Shown here: positions 13,738 to 26,313 of the stretch, in pieces
Layout: each line of letters opens with the position of its first letter
Position numbering within the stretch: position 1 is the first letter of the stretch
Notes under the pieces: model-generated
Database searches by the model: none
What the model was told of the DNA's origin: nothing
Seen by the model: the letters and a program-made list of their open reading frames with translations, nothing else
Source: Marsupella aquatica
Lineage: Eukaryota; Plantae; Marchantiophyta
Direction of reading: 5' to 3'
Assembly (NCBI GenBank): GCA_973895155.1
Contig: OZ316894.1
Location: 23,310,709 to 23,374,708 of the forward strand
DNA: 64,000 nt
Translations under genes and position numbers: made by a program

Positions 13738-13918
13738 TACTACAAATCGTACAATCCCGTCTACAACCTGTCCATTTGGCGAAAGAAATTGGAGATCAGG
13801 AATTGCAGTCTGAACTCATTTTCGAGATACTACAAATCTTACAACCCCGTCTACAACCTGTCCATTTGGCGAAGGAAATTGGAGATCAGGAATTGCGGTC
13901 TTAACTCATTTTCGAGAT
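13738..13918 (+). repeat. 90-bp tandem duplication (2 copies)
   Basis: tactacaaatc..acaa.cccgtctacaacctgtccatttggcgaa...ttttcgaga starts at 13738 and 13828. Confidence 0.9.
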
Positions 13919-14034
13919 GCAGCAGTACGAAGTGTTGCATCGTGTGAATGGGCACCGAAATTTTCAGGACAGAGTGGAGCATCATCCTCAGGCAATTACA
14001 CAACGAATTGTGTAGATGACAGATCAGTTCGCCA

Positions 14035-14373
14035 CTTACTCATCGAACTCTGTAGATGGCAGATCACTTCGTCCTGGAAGTACTGCATTAATGAAGCATT
14101 GTCATCAGGGGAAAGTACTCTATGTGTAATAATGTACTGTTTACAGACTCATTGTGTGACATTATCACCCCAAACACGAGTTTTGAGGGGCTATTATTGC
14201 CCATCAATCTACAAACAGGACCTTAACACACTTACTCATCGAACTCTGTAGATGACAGGTCACTTCGCTCCTGGAAGTGATGCAGTAAAGAAATATCTTC
14301 ATCAGGGGAAAGTACTCTGTATGTACATAGTTTGTTTACAGGGGCATTGTGTGACATAACCCTAAACCCTAAA
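14035..14373 (+). repeat. ~130-bp direct repeat (2 copies); the second ends in (CCCTAAA)2 telomere-like sequence
   Basis: cttactcatcgaactctgtagatg...catcaggggaaagtactct...cattgtgtgacat occurs at ~14035 and ~14231. AACCCTAAACCCTAAA lies at 14358-14373. Confidence 0.75.
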
Positions 14374-14616
14374 CATAGTCAAGCTGTTAGCACAGTCCTA
14401 CCAATTCACTTGGCTGTTGAGAGTGAAGGTTGGGCTTGACTGCAATGGCCCGGCCCCTCATGGCCCGACCCTCACCCTCACCCCTTCCCACTGTGCACAC
14501 GGAGGGGCGGGGGTAGTGGCTGAAGAAAATGAGGGTAAGGGTCTGGCCATTTGAGTCAATCCTAGGTGTTGTTGAGATAATTATCAGACACCACACGTTG
14601 CAGTGAACCAATGTAC

Positions 14617-14726
14617 AACATATAATTGACACCAACACATATACATGGTTCACCCCATCTGGACTTTATTCAACATATAATTGACGCTAACACATATACA
14701 TGGTTCACCCTATCTGGACTTTATTC
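14617..14726 (+). repeat. ~54-bp tandem duplication
   Basis: caacatataattgac.c.aacacatatacatggttcaccc.atctggactttatt occurs twice. Confidence 0.85.
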
Positions 14727-16228
14727 CCCTCCAGGAGAATAAATCATTGTGCACTAACACTCTATGTCCATCATAGACTGACAAGCTAATGAGTTGCTCT
14801 AGGAGCATTCCTCTTCTCCTCATCAGTCTACAACTTCTGATCCCGATCTAAACTGATCTCTAGTATGAGCCCCGGTATGAGCACAATGAAGCTCCTCCAG
14901 GTTATAGGCCTTCTCCACTAGTACGTCTTACCTCAACAATCCTTAACCATGGTTAACTTGTGCTCCAATTAATCTAACAAGGTGCTAGAGTTGAGTACCA
15001 ACAACTGCTTGGCAAGAGACTCTATAGTTTGATATGGTCTGTTGCCATGTTTATATATCCCAGGTGTTGGTAGGTGTCAATATGTAAACCATAATATCTT
15101 AGATAGAGTTTTAATTTAATTTCAGTGGCAACAGAATAGTAAATCTCAAAGTTGAAGCTCTAATGGGCACAAATGTTTCACTACTAGTAGGATGAACACG
15201 AGAACTTGATGCTAGTATCATGATATTCCCAGAACCTTAGGGTATCATTGGAAGTATCATGATATGGAAGTGTAAGAGGTTGTATACAAAGTAACCAACT
15301 GAGGGAACCCAGCTCATTCACTTCAATGAGAATAGAGACCTCTGCAAGGACAGAATACCAAAAGAATCCATTGGAAAACCTTGAGTTCTATTATCAATAA
15401 CATGCATATTTAATCTTTGGAACATAAGTGTAACATTGACATGTTCTATGAGTGAATATATATGTTTTCATTTGTGCTTATCAAGGTTTCACAGGTCTAT
15501 CTGAGCATCACATTAAAACACAAGTTCCTGTATGCATTACTATGGGTAACCTGTAATACTCATTTCACATACAGTAAAATTGTGTATATGAAATAGCATA
15601 TTGTATGTTTGAGATTATTGTTGTCATCTCATTAGTTCACTATAGGGGGTGATCTACAACTCAAAACATAGATTTTGATGGGATCAGTCGACTTTCTGCG
15701 AAAGACCGCATCTAGAGATATTTCACAATGTTTAAGATATCATCAAAACACATTTTTTTGGGTTAGAAGTTCCTATGATGGGAAGTGAGTGAGGGTGCCT
15801 GCAGGGCAAATGAACACTGGCCAGTTAGGGAGGAAATAGACCAATTTATTTAAACTAGCCTAATTCTTGTGCATTGCACAAAGATGTTGAGATGAGAAAA
15901 AATGTAGAGGTGAGAAGAAGATGTCAATGAGAGAAAAAATACCAAGGTGACGAAAAGAGGTCAAGGTGAGAAAAATATACCGAGGAGGGAAAAGATGGTG
16001 AGATCAGAAAAACATGTAAAGACGAGTAAAATATGTCGAGGAGAGAAAAAAGATCGAGATTGAGAGAATGATCTTGTGATGAGATAAAGATATCAAAGTG
16101 AAAAAAAAAACAAGATGAGAAAAAGATGGTTCACACTTACTTCTTGTAAATCCACCAGAGGCTACCTTCAACTTTTTTTGTCCATCCGACTTTACACTTC
16201 TCATAAGTCTTATTTTAATAGTTTTATT

Positions 16229-16240
16229 TTTGGCGCGAAA
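16229..16240. promoter_or_regulatory. Double (palindromic) E2F/DP binding site upstream of ORC3
   Basis: TTTGGCGCGAAA reads TTTGGCGC on + and TTTCGCGC on -, both matching TTTSSCGC. It lies ~600 bp upstream of the ORC3 ATG, and ORC genes are established E2F targets. Confidence 0.75.
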
Positions 16241-16432
16241 CTGAAAGTCGAGGCACCGAAAATACATGATTATGTACAGTGTCGCTCGTTCGTGTTTTTG
16301 CAACTCCCTGACCAGTACTCTGGGCGATGGAGCTCCACCTCTCTCCCGTTGCTCTCTCTCCTTCTCTCACTCACTCTTTGGGAGCGCTAGTTGGTTTGCT
16401 GCCGATTCTTGCAACAGACGGGCAACACTCCT

Positions 16433-16668
16433 GTTATACAGATTGCGGCATGTTGGAGTCGCCTCACTAGCTGTTGCAGCAATCAAAAGGTTATAGAGAT
16501 TCTTGTGGCATGTTGGAGTTGCCTCACTAGCTGTTGCAGCAATCAAAAGGTTATAGAGATTCTTGTGGCATGTTGGAGTTGCCTCTCTAGCTGTTGCAGC
16601 GATCGAAAGGTTATAGAGATTCTTGCCGCTTGTTGGAATTACCTCACTAGCTGTTGTAGCAATCGAAA
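16433..16668 (+). repeat. 60-bp minisatellite (~4 copies) in the ORC3 5' leader
   Basis: The unit ggttatagagattcttgtggcatgttggagttgcctcactagctgttgcagcaatcaaaa repeats at 60-bp period. Confidence 0.9.
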
Positions 16669-16847
16669 TGCAATGCGGGATTTGCTGCATTGAAGATGTT
16701 CGTAGAGTCCCAAATCGCAGAGCCTAGCGCTGACCCAGCTCCAGCTCCAAAAGCGATAGCCGACCATCTCGTCGTCGGGCTGCGAAACAGAGTGCGGTCG
16801 GTGAAGTGAGTGGAGGCAGAAGTGGGGCGGGAGAAGATTGCTGGGAG

Positions 16848-19800
16848 ATGGATTTCTTGGACGAGGGTGATGCCGATGAAAACCAGCTGCAGGTGAGAGC
16901 TCTGTCACATTGGTAATGCAGGTAGGATGAGACTAACGGTTGTTGTAGGAGTGACTTGTTGCATTGTGCAGAGTGATGCGGTTGGGGCATGAAGCGGTCT
17001 TTTGTGAGGCAAGTTCCTGATCTTGTTCAACGCATTGTGTTCGTTTTCTCTGTGCGATCACGCAGGCTTGCTACGTTTTGCACGGGTTGGCCAGAGATTC
17101 GGAGACCGGCGAAGGTTTGAGCACCAAAGCAGGTGGAAAACGCAAAAGCAAGGGCCAATCTCAGTGCGAGAGCCTGCATTCCGGTGTCAATGAGCCAGCG
17201 ATTTATGGTCAGTGGCGGTTGCAGGCCTTTAACACCGTCTGGGGTCGTATACGGAAACTCATTGAGGTGAATGTCGTTGTCCCCAAGCGGGCTTGGAACT
17301 GTTCCCTGTTTTGTGTCGCCAATTATCTTCTCTTACCTGGGACTGTTTATCATCGATAAAGCACGGTCCATCGAAGCAGGTCTCGCAGTAGCATTAGGTT
17401 TTAGCTCATGGTCCAAGTTTCTAGCGACTTTTCTTCTCATATAGTTGGGTTTCTATTAACTTGATCAGAAGACCTTAACAGCAACACTTGCGTAAATCCA
17501 TTTAGGGAATTGTTTTACTCATTTAGGGAATTGGGAGGCGTGATTTAAGAGTTGAGTTGTGATACATACAATTGCTTTTCCAAACTGGAGGGACTGTGCC
17601 AGAGGTTTGATATTGTCACTCCTTCATCTGTAATGCAGGACATCATGGAAGATCAAAATCAGGGCATGTACGAGGAGATGCAGCAGTGGATTTGCAACCG
17701 GCATTATGGAGATGCTCAATTGGAAATTTCCCAAAATGACAGTGTAACACCATTGGTCGAGGATGCAAATAAAACACCGCAGCTGCCCACAGCTTGCACG
17801 ACTGCCAGAAAGCAGCTGCAAACCGCCTTGCTGTTCCTTGGTACACTGCAGAGCTCCTCTTCACTTTTTCTCTGGGAAGCTCTAATAAGTAGGAAGTAAG
17901 TGTTTGAGCTTTTCGATGTAATCAATATGCGCTCAGGAATGACCTGTGAGCTCCTCAACCCCTTCTTGCTCGTTATTTGGACGGGTGTGATGAATTCCAC
18001 TGATGTGGAAACTTTTGGCTGATGTACACAGGCGGAATCGATCCATCAGATCATGAAAAGACATTTGATGGTCTCGTTGGGCATTTGCGAATGCGTAAAT
18101 GTCATGTCGCTCGTTTGACCTCTCTAGATTTTTCTCTTAAAGCTGGCGTGGCTGGGCTACTGCGAGTTTTGTTCAGGCAGCTGATTATGTGTTCTCCAGA
18201 GGTAACATTTTCAGCAGTACCAAGTCTAGCGCTGCCGTGCCCAGATGTCCATGTCAGCGTTCGTGATTTTAAAGCTGTAAATTTGCTACCGAGGAAGCGA
18301 GTAATGGTCGAACAGTACGGCACAGGATTTTTAATTGTCGGAATTGTTTAGAATCGCCTTTAACATGATGGCCTTAAGAGACATTAACGTCTTTCAGACG
18401 CCAGGCATGTCCTAACCTCTTCGCTTGAGATGTTAACGGCAGTATAATGCCTTGTACCGATTTACAGTGAATTTCCTTGTGATCTATGCTTTCATTCTGT
18501 ACTGTGTCAATGAACTTTTTGATGTCTGAACGTTTGTCAAATTCTATGGTTTTTGAGTGGATCTATTCAATAATCGATAAGACTAACAATACTGTCAGGG
18601 TGTTGTTCGTCACTGAAACAGACCACAGACATGGAGATCTTGCGAGCCTGGCACCGTGAGCCGAACAACTATGGGCTTCCAGTGGTTTTTGTCATTGAGA
18701 ATGCTGAGTCTTGTGAGTCGAAGATTTTGGCGGAACTTATACTGTTGCTAAGGTGAGCCACCTTCTGGTGCTTTTGATATCTCTGTAGGTGAACGATTAC
18801 GTTTCCATTGGTAATATCTGTCAGAATTTCGATTTTGCTAGTCCAACCCCAATCGATCCTAGTGCGAGGTTCAGTTCGTCTGTCTTGACTCGCACAAGTA
18901 GGATCAGTTGTTCATGGGCTTTCTCAAAGTCTTGGAGCGGTCCATAGTGGTTGATTCCCGATTGGTTTCTTCTTGGCCTGTGGGCAAACTTGACCGGACT
19001 ATGTTGACCCGTCTGTCACACTCAGTCGTCTCCATGTAATGCAAGTATCCTTCGAAGAACAAGTGATATCAACTAATTTGAAGGAGAGACTAGAGAAATC
19101 AGATTCCACTTACTCCGCGTTTTCCCATTTCGTCGCGCAAATAGTCAATTGGTCATGTTTTCCTTGATTAAGAGTTTTCTTGCTCTAATGGTGTTTCTTC
19201 TCTGGTTTGGAACTTGCTCAACAGTTTGAATGGAAAATATGACTCCCTTTGCTCAGGTGATGATTCTATCGGAATTTTTCTTGATGCAGTGACTGGATAG
19301 GAGAGATGCCAATGGTACTTATCATGGGAATGGCAACAACAGGTGAAGCGGTTAGAACGCTTCTTCCTTCGAATGCACTTGTGAAATTGCGTCTCTGGAG
19401 ATTTGCCCTGAAACCTCCACATGAGCTGTTGGAGGTCGTAATGAGAGCAGTGATGATTGACTCGTTCTGTGCCTTGGAGTTAAGCCACGAAGTGGTGGCC
19501 TTTATCTACGGCTTCTTCCAGGGTCATGACCTCACTGTAACAGCCATCAGCAGGGCATTCAAGGTCAGTACTACATTTACCTTCGGCGTAGTCAATTTGG
19601 AGAGAATATTTTATCGTCGAAGAGATAGTTTGATATCACCGTTTAGCCTACTCTTGCTGATAGCGTACCACCAAGGGACACTGTTCGCAGCCTTCAATGC
19701 TACAGCGATGTCCAGCTCCTTACTGTGCTCCTGTCGCTGACGGTGAATTTTCTGGCCGCAGGTTGCATGTATGGAACACTTCTGGAAAGAACCCTTAAGT

Positions 19801-22037
19801 TTCCTCTGTGGAAAACTTCTTCAGAACATAAGCAAGGTACCGGTCCCACTATCAACATTTCTGCCCTACTTACAATCGATGGATGGGAGTGATTCGGCTC
19901 ACAAGAATAATTCAGAGTTAAAAGTCTACTGGAGTACGCATTCGTGGTTGCTCCTTATCTCCTGTGCACAATTTCTTGGCATTTTTCTGCCTTGCAACAA
20001 GAGATGTAAGACAGAGCCTGCTTTCAAAGGTTTTGATCCCCATTTGGCTCCTCTGTGTCTGACAGATTGAGTTGGAAGAAGAATGTGCAGCCTTGCCTAA
20101 GGAATTGTTAAAGCATGCTGCGAAATTACCTTCAGTGAGAAGGTCAGTTCAGGTCGAAGTCTTCAATTGATTCACAGGCATGATTGTTTTATATGTAGTA
20201 CTTCAATGACGTGACGGAAGCATTACTTGAAGTAAGTCGGTATCATTGCTATTTGGGACACAATCATTTCGTCCAGGACCACTTTGACGTCCGGCGTGGA
20301 GGACAGATTTGTACTTACAAGGAATGTTCTGCCGCTGTCCCTGTTCTTGATTCCTTAGGTTCTCAGAGGCCAAGAGCACCGATTTGCCCCTGAGCACGCA
20401 TATGGCAGAGTCACTTTGGCAACTAAGAGCCCATAGGAAGATGTGGGCAATGGCATTTTCTGTAAGTTTCTGAGTACTGGAGTAAATCAAAGTACATTTC
20501 ATTTGAGATCATCTTTTTTGGAGAACGTCATGTCCTGATGGTATCCTTCAAAGTCCTTCTGTGAATTTGTGTGGTGCTGTTTGCTTACTTAAGATTTCTG
20601 TTTCTGCAGCGCTGGGTTCCTTCGCTACTCGTGACTGACTCTCACACTGTTTTCCGACCTTCGTATTTTCCTTACGCAGTGTCTGCAATGCGCCGCGAAG
20701 CATGCAGGGATCGGCTTTGCCGAGCTATTACATGAAGCACTATCAGGCTCTTTTATAGCACCGGCAGCTGATGATGAGGGTGCTCCAGTAGATGGGATTG
20801 TAGGTAACGAGCGGTCCATAGCTGCCCAAAATCGTCTGCCCATGGACAAAGTAATCTCCAAACTGAGGCAAGTGTGGCTAAACTATATTCGGTGGCTTAA
20901 CGTTCTTCCATCTTCGTATCATAGTGTCATTTCGGTAGCGGCCAGCCAGCCAAGCAACATACCTTAAAATGTTTTAAGGTTGACGTTTGCCCAAGTTGTT
21001 GTAGCTTGCGAGTGTCTTGTGAGTGCGTGCATCCTCCTCTCACATAATGATCACTATGTTCCGTTTCTCTGCCTTTATAGAGAAATGCCGGCACCGATTC
21101 TGAAGAGTGTTCTGGAAGAATGGAGAAAAGCCACAATCCATGAGAAAGAGGTACATATCATTCCAATCCACTCCTGCAAGATAGAATCGTGGAGAATATC
21201 ATGGGCATTCCAGTAGAAACCTCTAATTTCTTTGTCAGATAGAACTTGATTGCACAGCTGATACCCTTCCTTTCCTTCAAGCTGTGGCTGATTTCTTGCT
21301 CATTGCAGCTGAACGCAGATGTCTGTAATCTTCTTTCGGATTTCGATGGCGTAGAGAAAACGGCTAAGGTCTCCGGTTCCCCTGAATCAGCCAAATTAGT
21401 CGAAGCGTCTAGTCAGGACTTCACTATCAGAGTCATGAACCGTTCGAAACTGAGGAGGATGGGCCAGCAACAAAATGTGGGAGCTCAAAGAACAGTTGTC
21501 CATTCCATTCGCACGGCAACAGAAAAACTCCTTCGGCGCATTTTCAGAACATTTTTGGTTCCTCCAGATTGGCAGCCATTTAACGAAGTCTTCTGCTTCA
21601 GGGATGTGACTATCTTGAAAGGGGCCTTGATTGGGGAGACAAGGAGGAGGGTACATCTGGATTTACTGAACCCACGTGAAGTATTGAAGTGCAAATGTTG
21701 TCCTCTCGAGGGACTCTGTCCTTCCCTCCACGATACAACTCTCGCTTACGCTCTGTCCCAAGAGCACGGTGACCTCATCCAAGTCCATAGTTGGTACCGT
21801 TCATTCGCAGGCATCTTTGATCCTCCAAAATCTGGTGAAGGGGAAAACGACAAGGCAAAGGGGAAGGGACGTGGACGGAAGAAAAAACGCAGCAGAGATG
21901 TGAAGCCAGTGCTACCCATCGAGAATGTGTCAATTGAGGCCAGATTCACGAGGGCAGCAACGGAGCTTCAAATTGTGGGATTGTTGCAACTGCCGAAGAA
22001 GGGACAATCTGATTCCGTCCGTCGCATTTGTCTGTAA
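16848..22037 (+). CDS. ORC3: Origin recognition complex subunit 3 (~754 aa, 12 exons)
   Basis: Exons 16848-16892, 17066-17266, 17639-17840, 18032-18201, 18622-18752, 19290-19563, 19762-19836, 20066-20142, 20359-20461, 20680-20867, 21081-21150 and 21309-22037, all phase-consistent. ORC3-like motifs: RLQAFNTVWGRI, DHEKTFDGL, PVVFVIENAESC, LIMGMATT, EHFWKEPLSFL, and C-terminal LHDTTLAYALSQEHGDLI..W...ARFTRAATELQIVGLL. Confidence 0.92.
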
Positions 22038-23827
22038 TTCGGGAGGAAAGGCTAGACGGTGCCCAATCTTAATCTGAATCCTGAGCAGCACGTTGTGGGG
22101 TCTTCATGTATCAAAATTGGGGCAGACGAAGATGACCTTCTTACCAGCAACTCGTCATGGGGGATCAAATCCCACCTCTTATTCCAGAGTTTAGTCCCCT
22201 GGGGGATGATACGCTTTGTGTCTCATCTTGTGATGGCAGGGCCACGGAAGAACGCATCTCATGTCCCGAACCCTCGCAGACATAAGTGTTTACGATCCAC
22301 AGAACTGAAATACTGAAAGCGAGGCCAGGAAATAGAGACAACGTACCCCAAGGGTGATTTCACAAAAGGCCTTACCTTACAAATATTCATTGATTTGCTC
22401 ATTCACCGAAGCAGCACTTCCTGCAGCTGGCCAGGCGGGTGATCTTCGAAACGAAAATAAATTTGACGAGTGGGCCCTCGTCGTTCAGGGTAGCTTCCGG
22501 CTGGTGCGGTCGGGAATTTCGCAATGCATCCAGATAGCATCAATCTGATTCTGTACACGCGGTATGAGCTACGAAGGAGAGATTATAGAGATAATTCTTC
22601 TCCAAGCGTCTAAAGAGTTTTTCCTGTTGCGAACAAACTCTCAGGACCTGCTGCAGGATCCGCAAGGGTGGCAATTTACCTATTGTCAACCAGGCTATGC
22701 TTTCCGTTCGGATGGCTATCGTCAATTTTGGCTGGGAGAAGTCATTGTTGAATGAGAGCACCGCGTGGAGGATATCACCGTTCCTTTTGAAGACCGCTGC
22801 TACACCTCATTCATGTCGCCAGCCCTCCTGAATGCTGTGTGTGCTGCATATCTTCGATGGTTTGACTCTGCGGAATACGGTTGTTTGGATAAACAGACCA
22901 GTTCTAAGATCACAATACTCCGGAGATCTGCAATGGCATCATTCAGTCGTTCACGCAACACATTGCAGATGGCTTGACTGAAGGATCCCTCTGTCATGAC
23001 ACAAGCGCGCTGTAAATGCTAGCTGGGATCAAGTACTCCCAATTAGCACAAATTGTAGTCTACCGAAGCTCAAAGGGGTGTCTTCACCCTCACAAAGGGA
23101 TGTATGACCCTGTTTTAAATGGAAACTCTAAATAAGCTTTACATTGTTTTAGTCATAACTACTATTCATAAGCTTCAATTGAAGCTGACAAAAATAACCA
23201 CAGGATGTCTCCAGTTGATCATCGGGTCATGGTTGCTGCATATGAGGGCTCCCTTGGGATTCAATCAATTGAGCTCAAGGAAACTTTCACAAGTCTATTG
23301 TAATACTCTGATTGTGGGCACAGTTATTGATACGGCCTCCAATAATACAGACCGTTTCAAGTCGGACCATGACTCCTACGAGCTGCACTAACAAGAAACG
23401 AGTGGCGAGAGGCAACACGTACGATATGGTGTGATTTTGACATGGTAGCTAGCAGGGTTGTCATGCAGGTCCACACAAAGATGGTGTCCTGCCATGGAAA
23501 GAGTCCCAGATTCTGATGTACACTGCAATGGGAAGAGGTAGGCCTCGGCAGACTGAAGCCTGGAGCCAACACCAAGCAGTTTCCATGTCGCTGTATAGTA
23601 CAAAGTCAGGCCGTCAATCTCCTGAGCTCATCCGTCAGAGTAGCATGTGCACTTGTGCTCTCTGTGCTTCAATGGAGGCTGATTTCTCACACTTGATCTT
23701 ATTATTTCAATCACTCTCACAGCTATAGATTGCTCGTGTGACATGGGATTTTCGTAACGCACCAATTCCAGGGCCAACATCAGAACAGTTCATTACCTGT
23801 CCTTGAAAAGCAATCTCAGCACTTCAG

Positions 23828-24376
23828 TCTCCATCTCTCCGGATGGTGACCACCAGGATTTCCAAAGTGCAGCAACATGAATTAGACAAAGCCATAACTT
23901 GTGGGCCATGATTGAGCCAAATGTGCCTTTGTGGGGCCAATAGAAAACAACCGCTGACAAAGGAGGCGAATTCATCTCTCAGGATGGTGACCAAGGGATT
24001 TCCACGTGCAGCAACATGAAATGGGGGGTCTCAAATATATATTCCGCAAGGAGTCTAATGGCAGTCCGGGTCTAGGTTTGGCAGGACACGGCTAGAAAGG
24101 GTGAGGTGCTCCCTGGCTTAGTCCGCACACTCAGGTCGTGGGATTTCTCCCATTCCGAATGGCCACTTCCCCCCACCGCAGCCTGGCTGTGGAGGGAGTG
24201 AAAAAATCAATTAAAAAATTCTTTGACCTCATCTGTGGGTCATGTTATGGGCACTGGCCCTATCCCGCGGAAGAGCACCACAGGTGCATTTTGACACCCT
24301 CTAAGAGACAGAGCCATAACTTGGGGGCCATGTGTGAGCTGAATGTGTGTTTTGTGGGGCCAAGAGTAAACAACCT
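23828..24376 (+). repeat. ~140-bp tandem duplication whose second copy is split by a MITE
   Basis: catctctc.ggatggtgacc...gtgcagcaacatgaa then agac..agccataacttg.gggccatg...gtggggccaa..gaaacaacc is contiguous in copy 1. In copy 2 the two halves are separated by 24023-24301. Confidence 0.75.
24023..24301. mobile_element. ~280-bp MITE with short imperfect TIRs (PIF/Harbinger-Tourist-like)
   Basis: The left end GGGGGTCTCAAAT pairs with the reverse complement of the right end, GAGGGTGTCAAAAT. It interrupts a repeat unit that is intact in the adjacent copy, and TAA follows the right end. Confidence 0.6.
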
Positions 24377-24619
24377 GTGATAATTGGAATGGAGGTGAAT
24401 CAATTTCATGGTGAAGCTGAGATAACTCCTCCAGTACCAATTCTCTGATCTTTGCTTCATGTTTGGTTTAACATTGTAGATCTATTTTCCCATGGTGAAG
24501 CCAGGATACACATTTACTGAACTTCATTTCATAAGATTTTTGGTATGGAGTATTTTTGGTATGAAATACAAAAGGTGGATTTCCAGTTTGCTTTGGTGAA
24601 AATAATCCACTCCGCCCTG

Positions 24620-24872
24620 ACATCTTGAAAGGGTGGGCCACTTCTTTGTTATATACAGAGACTCCATACACAAGTGCCCCTGACCTCTTGTAAGGGTGGG
24701 CCACCTCTTGTTCCATAGATAACTCCATATCAATGATCTTATGAAATGAAGTTCAATAGATGCAAATCCCTTGAGTCAAATGTCTTGTAAAGGTGGGCAG
24801 CTTCTTCTTGGAAACATAGACTCCATACCCATGATCTTATGAAATGAAGTTCAATAAATACAAATCCCTTGA
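24620..24872 (+). repeat. Degenerate short tandem repeats
   Basis: cttg.aa.ggtgggc..c.tct...ata..actccata occurs three times, and tgatcttatgaaatgaagttcaata..t.caaatcccttga twice. Confidence 0.7.
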
Positions 24873-26313
24873 ATGAAGAATCCAAAGTCTGGACATGTTT
24901 GGAAGTAACTAAACAAAATGAACACATCCCCATCTGCATTTCCTTGGGGTCACTATATTTGGAAGTGATTAAACAAAATAAAATCTCCACATCTGCATTT
25001 CCTTGGGTCCAGTGCTTACCATGTGGCACCTGTATACACTATACCTGAATCGGCCCTCAAGTTTTTGTAAAGACAGATGGACACATTATGTGAATGGGCC
25101 TCAAAGCTCTTGTAAAGTGGTCTCAAAGTTGTTATGGGAATGGGGCTACGTGACATGAATGAGTTTTTGTAAAGTGGCCTCAAAGTTGTCCTAATGCCAA
25201 CTGCAGCTGTTTGTTTTCACTTAGGGTCGTCTTGCCTGTACACGGTCCTTAAAATACCGGGCCCTTCACTCACTCATGTCAACTCATCACTGACTTAGCG
25301 CTTCAGGCCTGACCCACCTGCCTGACAGCAGCTTTTGAGGAAATCTAAGGGCAAGGGCAGCAACAATTCCAGCCCTTGAGGTCCCATCTTTTGAAATCAG
25401 GAAGGACAAAAAATGACCCTAACAGTTGAAGGTATATAATTTCAAGGAAATTCCAAGGACGTGTTCCTTTGAAGCAGCTTGACATCCATGTAGCACTGTT
25501 GGATATGGCTTCATTAACAGCTACTCACTCTCTCGCTACAGCTGTATCTGGCCTGCTCGCTTGCCTGAAAATTCATGAACGTGGGCTTCACATTTCTCTT
25601 ATCGAGGAAGCTGTTGGACGAAGGACACACACAAAGGATGGGCGATGGAGGAATCTGGACCGAAATGCCTCGACTTCGTCATTTCATATTCAGCTGATTC
25701 TCACAAATGGCGGTCATCATTCTCCGTGACAAACACAGCTATTGGACGTAGAGGAGGGGCGGAATTGAAAGTCTGGCGAGTAGGACTTCGATCTGGCGAC
25801 GAGTTCAGAAAATGCTGTCGCTATTCTGTTTCCACCACATTCGATCGCATTCCATCCCATTCACGGATATGAACGAAGCACGAGTTTATCAAAATACACA
25901 TATCAAGACCGAGCTCGATAATTAAGTAAAGTGCATACTTCCATAACGATCAGAATCTCTCACCTGGTTCCACCTTGAAAGAGATTTCTATCAATCAATC
26001 ATTGACGAGATCGTTGCCTCGCCGAGGAGCCCACCTCACGCACAGCTAAAGCTCTCCACACATTTCAAAATCCTTCAAAAAGCAAGCTTCAAATTCCCAT
26101 CGAAACGCTCTACCACGACAAGCCCGAATTCTTCCAATCCGCAACGGAATCACGGCATCACGCAGAATCTATGTTATTTTGGTTTCTATCTTCGAAGGAA
26201 AAGGTTGTCTTCTCATCCACAAAGACAAGAGCCAGCTATAGAGAGAATGCAAACTGGCCAAACTGAACTGCTTCGGTTTTCGAGAGCATCATGTGTGACG
26301 TTACTTTATGTTA

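Noticed and set aside
11890-13740. Protein-coding gene downstream of LEA_2
   Set aside because: Only short unrelated ORFs are present, and I could not build a phase-consistent exon chain or recognise motifs.
16367-16693. ~100-aa repetitive ORFs on both strands
   Set aside because: They are produced by the 60-bp (multiple-of-3) minisatellite.
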